Origin: Desulfobia sp.
Lineage (GTDB): Bacteria > Desulfobacterota > Desulfobulbia > Desulfobulbales > SURF-16
Direction of reading: 5' to 3'
Length of the DNA stretch: 64,000 bases
Assembly (NCBI GenBank): GCA_046497465.1
Contig: JAWOFO010000043.1
Location: forward strand, 14,966-78,965
Shown here: piece by piece, positions 45,437 to 53,461 of the stretch
How positions within the stretch are numbered: the stretch's first letter is position 1
Layout: each line of letters starts with the position of its first letter
Made by a program: the position numbers and the translations under genes
Notes under the pieces: generated by a model
Seen by the model: only the letters and a program-made list of their open reading frames with translations
What the model was told of the DNA's origin: nothing
Databases searched by the model: none

Positions 45437-48400
45437 TTATACTTCATACCTTTCAACTTTAACCGCGCATACTTTGTACTCGGGACTTCGGGACAGGCGA
45501 TCAAGATTATTAAAAGTCAAGAGATTTATTGGGGCCTCAGCAAAGTGATAAGGGACAAAAACGGTTCCTGGCTGGGAACGTCCGGTAACTTTGGCTCTTA
45601 TGTTTACAGTGCCCCGCCGGGAGGTGAGCCTCAGCCAGTCCCCGTCTTCCAGATTCAGCTTTTCGGCATCTGCCGGATTTATTTCCGCGAACCCTTCCGG
45701 GCATAATTCCTCAATAGCCTTGGTTTTCCGGCTCATGCTACCGAAGTTATACTGGGCCAGCTCCCGACCGGTGGTAAGTATATAAGTATACTCCTCGTCA
45801 GGTAATTCTCCCGGGCCTAGATAATCCTCTGGCATGAACATCCCTCTGCCCCGGGTAAATTCACCTGTATGAAGGACTGGCGTACCGGGATGTTCCTTAT
45901 CAGGACAGGGCCACTGTATCCCTTCTCTTTCCAGACGGTTGTAGGATATACCGGCATATTGGGGCACCAGTGCAGATATCTCGTCAAAAATCTCCTCAGC
46001 CGAATTATACTGCATACTGTACCCCATCTTTCGGGCCAGGCGACAAAGAATCATCCAGTCCGGCATAGCCTGCCCCGGAGGTTCAACAGCTTTTCTGACT
46101 CTCTGGACTCTTCTTTCCGTACTGGTAAAGGTCCCGTTTTTTTCAGCAAAACATACGGCAGGCAGAACAACATCTGCCATTCTGGCAGTATCGGTTAAAA
46201 AAATATCCTGTACCAGAAGAAAATCAAGCTCCTTGATAGCCCGAGCAGCATAGCCGGCATTGGGGTCTGCCAGAACAGGATCTTCCCCCATTATATAAAG
46301 ACCTTTTATATTACCGTTAATTATATTGTCCCAGACTTCAGTAGCCGCCGTGCCCGGCCTCCGGGGTAGCCTGATTCCCCACATATTTTCATAGCGGTCA
46401 AAAATCTCGTCGCTGCCGAGCCCGGAATAACCGGGAAGGGTATTAAATAATGCCCCCATATCACAGGCACCCTGGACATTGTTCTGTCCCCTCAGGGGAT
46501 TAACCCCGTTACCTGGCTTGCCCAGCTTACCGCAGAGCATGGCCAGGTTGGCAACAGATTTAACGTTGTCCGTCCCCACCGCGTAGTGGGCCAGTCCCAT
46601 GCCGAAAAAGATGGCTGAATTTTTGCCCGGACTGGCATACAATCTGGCTGCCCTGCGCAGTTCATCTTCCCCGATACCTGTTATCCGGGAAACATACTTC
46701 GGGGTATACTTGGCAACTGCTGTCTTGAGGTCTTCAAAATTTTCGGTCCGCTCCCTGACAAAATCCCGGTCCCAGAGATCTTCCTCCAGAATAAGATTAC
46801 ACATACCATTTAACAGGGCGACATCGCTACCCGGTTTATTGGAAAGCCAGATATCAGCAGATCTTGCCAGATCCGTGCCCCGTGGATCTACAACTATCAG
46901 TTTTGCGCCATTATCCACCGCCTGATGAATCCGGAGCCCGATAGTGGGATGACAGGGATCGGGGTTTGAACCGATAATCATTATCACATCGGCCTCTTTT
47001 ATATCCCCGATAGAATTGGTCATTGCTCCGCTGCCGAACGAAATGGCCAAACTGGCCACAGTGGGGGCGTGTCAGAGCCGGGCACAGTGATCTATATTGT
47101 TGGTCCCCAGAACTGTCCTCATGAACTTCTGCATGAGGAAATTCTCTTCATTCGTGGCCTTGGAACAGGAAAAACCGGCAATGGAATCGGAACCGAACAT
47201 CACCTTCATGTCAAAGAAATTACAGGCAACAATTTCCAGGGCATCATCCCAGCTGGTCGGCACCAGCCTGCCCCCCCTGCGGACCAGAGGCGTGGTCAGC
47301 CGACTTTTGTCCCTGACAAAATCATGACCGAAACGGCCCTTAACACAAAGAGCACCATAGTTGGGGACCTGATCATTATCAGCAGTAGCCTCAATTATGG
47401 TATTTCCCTTCACCCGCAAAATAATCTGACATCCGGCTCCACAGTAAGGGCAGGTAGTCCTGATGTTGTCCACCTGTTCATCAATAACAGGTACAATCGC
47501 AGCCTTCTTGGTCAGGGCCCCGGTAGGACAATGGTCCACGCACCTGCCGCAGGAAACACAGTTATCGTTGAATCTAAAGGTTAAACCAAAAGGGTTTCCC
47601 TGATCATCCACCTTTTCACAGCTCAGATCAACAGCCCCATACTCACAGACATGCAGACATCTCTGGCAGTATATACACTTGTTAAGATCAACTTCTATAG
47701 CAGGATGGGAAGTAACCACAGGATAAACCGGCTTCCTGCCCATCCCTGTCCTGTTGAGGTTGATCTTATGGTCAATATTGAGATCCTTGAATTCACAGTG
47801 CTCAAAAGCCTTACATCCACAGGAAAGACATCTCTCAGCCTCCTTCCGGGCCGTTTTCTCATTAAAACCGAATCTGACCTCATCAAAGTCTTGAATAGCC
47901 CTTTCCGGCGGACGAGCCGGCATCTTTTCCCGGAGTTTGACAGCGATGCCGTCAAAATTGGCCAGGTCAACATCGTCAAACGAGCTGCCCCGGCTGAAGT
48001 TAAAGCGGCTCGGGGCCGACATTTTTGGAGTCCCCGTTATATAGGCATCTATATTATCAGCCGCTCTCCGACCGGAGACAACCGCCTGGATAACACTCCT
48101 GGTACCGCTGGCAGCATCACCTGCTGCAAAGACACCGGGGACTGAAGTAGCGGAATCCCTCGGAGATGCCTCGATTATATTGCCGGCTTTTAACTTCAGC
48201 CGGCCTTCCAGTTTACCATCATACCCTTGTTCGCTTATAGCCATCTGGCCCTGAGATGAGACCAGGGTATCAACCCTAAGGGTCTGTGATGTCCCTGGTA
48301 CCGCCTCAAAAAACCGCCTACCACGCTCATCAGGTTCACCGTAACGCATACGGACCAGCTCTACCTCCAGAAAACCCTGGGAATTTTCCTGGATCTTTAC

Positions 48401-49555
48401 CGGTGTAGCCATCAGGAGAAACTGGACCCCCTCCTCTTCTGCCTCTCTGATATTACGCTGGTTGGCAGGCATCTCTTCCCTACCCCGGAAATAGACAACT
48501 GTTACACTTTCTACATTACATCTTAAAAGGCATCTGGCAGTTTCCATGGCGATATTATTGCCGCCTATTACAACCGCCTTCCAGCCGCAGTTTTTTTTTC
48601 TACCGGTGGCAACCTGCTTAAGAAACTGGGTGGCATTCAATACCCTGGGATGAGTCGAACCCTCAATCTCAAGGGGTTTGTCAACCCCTGCACCTATGGT
48701 AATCAGAACAGCATCATAGCCCTGATCCTTGAGATCCTGGAGACTAAAGTCAGAACCCCATCTCTGGCTCAAGCGGACAGAAATCCCAAGCCGGAGTATA
48801 ATCTCCAGTTCATAGTCCAGTACATCCCGAGGAATTTTATATTCAGGATGTCCGTAACGCAACATCCCCCCAAGTTTGGGATTAGCCTCAAAAACGGTAA
48901 CATCATGGCCTTTTCTTGACAAATAAAAAGCACTGGTCATTCCGGCCGGACCTCCGCCGATAATGGCAACTTTCCTGCCGCTGGGTTCAGGCCTGTCAAA
49001 GCTGATATCAATCCCGGCTGACATACACCAGTCAGCCACAAACCTTTTAAGATGATTAATGGCAATAGAATCATCAACCAGCAGCCGCCGGCACCTGGTT
49101 TCACAGAAACGGGGACAGACCCGGCCCACAGAAAAAGGAAAGGGGTTTTTCTCCATAATGAGCCGGAAAGACTCTTCATATTCGCCTTTGCGAATATGAG
49201 CTATATAGCCCTGGATATTTATCTGACCGGGACAGGTTAGATTACAGGGCGCCTTACAGTCACCGAAATGGACGGATGACATAACTGCAAGCCGGGAGGC
49301 CCTCATCTCCCTGAGATGCTCATTATCAGTGACAATTTTCATGCCATCCCCGGCAGGAGTCTGACAGGCAAGGACCGGCTCGCTGTAACCCTCTACTTCA
49401 ACAAGACAGAGCCGACATGGTACATCGCTTGTTTTTCCATTAATAGTACACAGCGCAGGTACATTGATTCCGGCTCTGCGGGCTATATCAAGGACAGTCA
49501 GACCTTTTTCAGCGATTATCTCCGAGCCGTTGATCTCCAGAGTGATTGCAGACAT
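45437..49555 (-). CDS. fdhA: formate dehydrogenase alpha-subunit fusion selenoprotein (2Fe-2S + GltD-like NAD(P)H/FAD module + 2x4Fe-4S + Mo/W-bisPGD catalytic domain); TGA at 47072-47074 read as Sec
   Basis: ORFs 47072-49555 and 45437-47059 are in one frame. Read-through gives [30 protein letters not shown], the classic FDH Sec motif. N-terminal motifs include VAIIGGGPAGM...GGMLRYG, CIYCQRCLHVC, and TTCPYCGAGC. Confidence 0.9.
47043..47059 (-). promoter_or_regulatory. candidate SECIS hairpin for fdhA
   Basis: On the mRNA, GUGGCCA-GUU-UGGCCAU starts 12 nt after the UGA. The geometry is comparable to the E. coli fdhF SECIS. Confidence 0.5.
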
Positions 49556-49656
49556 TATCGAGGTTTAAGGTGTAAGTTTCAGGATTCAGGGCCGGGTCTC
49601 TTAAGGCGCAGGGCGCGGCTTAAACCTTACACCTCACGCCTTATTAAACCTTAAAT

Positions 49657-51012
49657 CTACTCGCTCGGCTGCCATTCTTTAAGAAAGGCGGGAATATGAC
49701 CGGCCTCCCGAGGACCAATAATTATATTCCACTCAGGCAGTTCCTCTTCAAGCTCCCCCTTCATGCTGGCAAGATAACCGGGAATAATTAAGTCCCGATG
49801 CTTCACCTTCTCCTCGATACCTGATTTCTTAATAAACTGAGCAATAAGATCAGCCCCGAACTTGCCAGCCGCCCAGGCGGTCAATACGGAAAGCCCCTCG
49901 GTGTCCTTGACAATCAACCAGGAAGGGACCTTGCTGCCCTCGATTTCACCGGATACAATAAAATAAGTAAGGGAGAAGTTGCAGGTAACCAGGACCGGTG
50001 AATCCTCACCCGGCCCGTTGATATTATAGAGGTCTTCCTTCTGGACCATGGGCCGCTGGGGATCAGTAAACAGATTCAACTGTTCCAGTAAAAGAGGAAA
50101 AAGGGTGTCACCCTGCAGATCAGAAAGAACAACAATGCCGGCATACTTGGCTATGAGCACTGAAGCAACCATGGCCTCCATCAACGGATCATCGGTCATT
50201 TCACAGGGAAAGGTTATGGTCGGAAATCCCAGAGGCTTATATTTGGCCTTAATCGCTGAACTTCTGACCACCACACTGTCTTCAAAAGAGGCCCGCGGTG
50301 TTCTGGCGCCGGTATCAATCACTATATCCTTAAAACCTTTTTCCTGGAGTTTTTCAGATATAGTCACCGTATCATCAAGATTTATGCCTTTAATCCCCAG
50401 AGGGCAACCTGTTTCATTGGCAATAGAAACCATATCATCAGAGTTTTCAGCGGTAACTCCATAAAGGAGGGGCTTACGGTCGCCGCACAGCTCAGCGCCT
50501 TCCTTGAGATTTTCAACCTTATCACTAATCAGGATGAGAGACGCATCTCCGGTAGACTCCAGGACCCCTTTGACAAGAGCGGTAAACTTCTCCTTATCTC
50601 CGCCTGTATCCTTGACAGCAATAAGCTGGGCCCTCATCATAACTCCCACTCTTTCATAACGGAGAGTCTTGAATCTTTCTAGACGACCATCTATGTTTTC
50701 ATCAGACATGTCCGTACTAACCAATACCGCCAAACCCGCTGGATTTTCAAAACGTTTCTCATGCCTGAACAGACAGATCTCTCCACCCATTGTGAATGCA
50801 CTTTCACCTGCACCTAATCTAACAGTACGAATCGGCGGCGCTGAGGCTTCACCAATAGTCTCTTTGGCTTCATCAGAGGCATAAGGGCATTTTTCAACCT
50901 CCATCTGCCCAGCAGCAACCTTCATCGCAAAAGCAAGACAGGTCGGAATTCCACACTCCCCACAATTTGTTTTGGGCAGCATCTTAAGTATCTGAATACC
51001 TGTTAAGGCCAT
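49657..51012 (-). CDS. acsC: corrinoid iron-sulfur protein large subunit (AcsC / CdhE)
   Basis: 451 aa with the N-terminal 4Fe-4S motif TNCGECGIPTCLAFAMKV and a C-terminal corrinoid-binding region. Confidence 0.85.
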   Translation of the reverse strand: MALTGIQILKMLPKTNCGECGIPTCLAFAMKVAAGQMEVEKCPYASDEAKETIGEASAPPIRTVRLGAGESAFTMGGEICLFRHEKRFENPAGLAVLVSTDMSDENIDGRLERFKTLRYERVGVMMRAQLIAVKDTGGDKEKFTALVKGVLESTGDASLILISDKVENLKEGAELCGDRKPLLYGVTAENSDDMVSIANETGCPLGIKGINLDDTVTISEKLQEKGFKDIVIDTGARTPRASFEDSVVVRSSAIKAKYKPLGFPTITFPCEMTDDPLMEAMVASVLIAKYAGIVVLSDLQGDTLFPLLLEQLNLFTDPQRPMVQKEDLYNINGPGEDSPVLVTCNFSLTYFIVSGEIEGSKVPSWLIVKDTEGLSVLTAWAAGKFGADLIAQFIKKSGIEEKVKHRDLIIPGYLASMKGELEEELPEWNIIIGPREAGHIPAFLKEWQPSE

Positions 51013-51120
51013 TATTTTCTCTCCTCTTTCTTATAAATTAATAAAGGCGAAGGGTACAAGGCTCAGGCCACAATACACCTTCCACCTTTCACCTTGGGCC
51101 TTAGGCCTTAAGCCCTTATT

Positions 51121-53325
51121 CTACATTACGGTCTCCATTTCCAAGGCCGGATGTCCCTTCTCTTTAAGAAACGGCAGGATTTCCTCCTCAGTGATCCCGA
51201 CTTCCTCGTCAGCAATCATATCGAAAAATTCGGGCATACCAAGTTCCTGACAGCGAGCTACCAGTTTATCCCTGAGCTCTTCCTTCAAGATTCTGGGAAG
51301 CCAGATCACTCTTTTCAGGCCGCCTTCAGCCATAAACAACTTGCGGCTGGTCAGATAATGTTTACTTATTCCCATAAAACCGGGAGTCTGGGCACCGCCA
51401 CCGGCCATACCGGCCAGAGAGGTAAACTTCATACCACTGGGTGTCATGCCCATGTAGTCCCTGTTGACAACCATTATGCCGTTACACTGGGGCAACATGG
51501 CAGCAATACACTCAAAACAGCCACAGGCAGTCATAGGGTTAATCATCAAGGAATAGCAGCTTACCTCGGTTACGGCACCCCGGGAAGCCCGACTGACAAA
51601 CTCATTAACACCTGTAAAGTTTCCAAGTACAGGGTCGGTACATGTACCTTTCTCAATGGGCTGGTTGGGTCCGGTGGGATTAATCTGATAAGATGCCTTA
51701 CCATCAAGCCAGTTATAAGCGCCACACATGCCAACCCTTTCCGGTGTAATTACACAGACATGGCTGGGAGCAAAAGACTGGCACAAGGTACAGGAATAAA
51801 AAATGTCCTCGGATTCGTCTGTCATATCTCCCAACCTGCGATCTCTCTCTTCATATACCTTCTTGGCGAGTTCATTAACTTCCCGAACCTTTTCCAGCTC
51901 GGTATATATCTTCACCTGGACTTTATCCACGATACTGCCGAAATCCTGATGAAGTTTGCCGTGAAGAACCTTGCCGATATGCCTGAAAGAGAAACCTTTT
52001 TCCACAGCAGCCTTACCGATCCGGATCCACATTATATTACGCTGGCCGATATGCATTATCCCCTGGGTATAGTTGATCAGATGGTGGAACTGCCTCTCCA
52101 GAATCGGTTCAAAATCTGACTGCATCTCCCGGCCGGCAACTTCCACCAGGATAGCCAGAGGCAGGTTTTCCCCCTCACTGATATCCGGGACATCCTTACC
52201 TTCCAGAATGATCTCCTCATCAGTGACCTCGTCTACATCCTTGGAAATAAGAAGCTCCACAGCCTCAGTGCGGCCACCGCCGCATTCCATAAAGAGATCA
52301 TCTTTCCGGATTCGTTCTCCCTCAAAGGCAGGGCCAAAAGACATGGGGATATCTATCTTGGTCACACTTACCTTAAGCCCCCGGACCTCGATAGCTTTCT
52401 GAACAATTTCCTCATGAGGTACATTGCTTACCACATGTTCATAGGTGCAGATCCCGGTGGGAAGAACTTCGGGTATCTCGTAATCAGAGATGGTGGGAAA
52501 GCCCCAGTTTATGGCTCCGGCGGCATTGGCATACCACTCGTCACTAACCGGACCAAAAGGCATGACAAAGGCAAAGGTCCGGTTCTTGTTATAGATCAGA
52601 TTTTCACGATAGTCCCCGGGCTTAACTCCACCAAAAGCCAAGGCAACCCTGCAGGCAAAACCGATAGAGAAAACCGCGGTTGTATAGGATTTGCCAAAGG
52701 GGACAAGCCGGGTACCCCAGCCTACCTGCACGTCATTATTTACCAGCTGCTCGGGCATAGACAGACCGTCGGTCTGATCATGCATAAAGATATAAAGATT
52801 TTTTTCCTGGAGCTCCAGGGCAATCTTGCTTGCCATCTCTTTATCTGCCGGAGAACCCATGATAGCGGCAAAACCCGGGGCGGTACCATCGACAAACTCT
52901 ACGCCCCTTTTCCTGAAAATTAAATCATCAGCCGCTCCCAGCCATAGATTTTCTTCAGTCGGATCTTCGGTCTTAGTGTAAAAATCAGGATATTCCAGGT
53001 ACTTTATGACCTCATACATTTCCTCTGCAAAAAAAGTGGCCATTCCGGCATCCAGGGCTGGCGCCAGATAGGGAAGCCATTTATTTTCAGTTACTTGTTC
53101 AGGAAGAAGTCTGCGGCATTCCCGGAAAATATCCTTCATATCGCCAAGTTTCTCAACTTTGGCGCCAAGCATACTGTAAATAATGGGAAGAAAGTAGGCC
53201 GTATTTGGAAAAAAGATCTCCTGCTCCGGCCCATAATCCTTCAGAACAGCTTCAAACTTGCCCTCAGCCATATCAACAATTTTATGTGCTCCTCTGATCG
53301 CGGCTGAACAGATTATTTTAGACAT
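51121..53325 (-). CDS. acsB: acetyl-CoA synthase catalytic subunit (AcsB / CdhC, A-cluster)
   Basis: 734 aa with CTLCQSFAPSHVCVITPERVGMCGA and ACGCFECI A-cluster ligand motifs. Confidence 0.9.
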   Translation of the reverse strand: MSKIICSAAIRGAHKIVDMAEGKFEAVLKDYGPEQEIFFPNTAYFLPIIYSMLGAKVEKLGDMKDIFRECRRLLPEQVTENKWLPYLAPALDAGMATFFAEEMYEVIKYLEYPDFYTKTEDPTEENLWLGAADDLIFRKRGVEFVDGTAPGFAAIMGSPADKEMASKIALELQEKNLYIFMHDQTDGLSMPEQLVNNDVQVGWGTRLVPFGKSYTTAVFSIGFACRVALAFGGVKPGDYRENLIYNKNRTFAFVMPFGPVSDEWYANAAGAINWGFPTISDYEIPEVLPTGICTYEHVVSNVPHEEIVQKAIEVRGLKVSVTKIDIPMSFGPAFEGERIRKDDLFMECGGGRTEAVELLISKDVDEVTDEEIILEGKDVPDISEGENLPLAILVEVAGREMQSDFEPILERQFHHLINYTQGIMHIGQRNIMWIRIGKAAVEKGFSFRHIGKVLHGKLHQDFGSIVDKVQVKIYTELEKVREVNELAKKVYEERDRRLGDMTDESEDIFYSCTLCQSFAPSHVCVITPERVGMCGAYNWLDGKASYQINPTGPNQPIEKGTCTDPVLGNFTGVNEFVSRASRGAVTEVSCYSLMINPMTACGCFECIAAMLPQCNGIMVVNRDYMGMTPSGMKFTSLAGMAGGGAQTPGFMGISKHYLTSRKLFMAEGGLKRVIWLPRILKEELRDKLVARCQELGMPEFFDMIADEEVGITEEEILPFLKEKGHPALEMETVM

Positions 53326-53461
53326 ACGCTTGGCTCCTGTTTAATTCTGTGGGCATAAATTCTACCCCCACAAAGACATTAAGAATAGTAACTGCATAAA
53401 ATCCTTAATGGTTACCCATCACGGTATTATAAAAATGTCTCTGTAGTATTAATTTGGAATT

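Noticed and set aside
41853-47074. Reading the stops at 41853, 45097 and 47072 as pseudogene breaks or separate small genes
   Set aside because: Each TGA is in frame and replaces a conserved Cys in a well-known motif. Conserved protein sequence continues immediately after it, and a hairpin follows. Selenocysteine is the simpler explanation.
51151-52119. 322-aa plus-strand ORF
   Set aside because: It is antisense to acsB, which has A-cluster motifs on the minus strand. No motif or RBS supports it.
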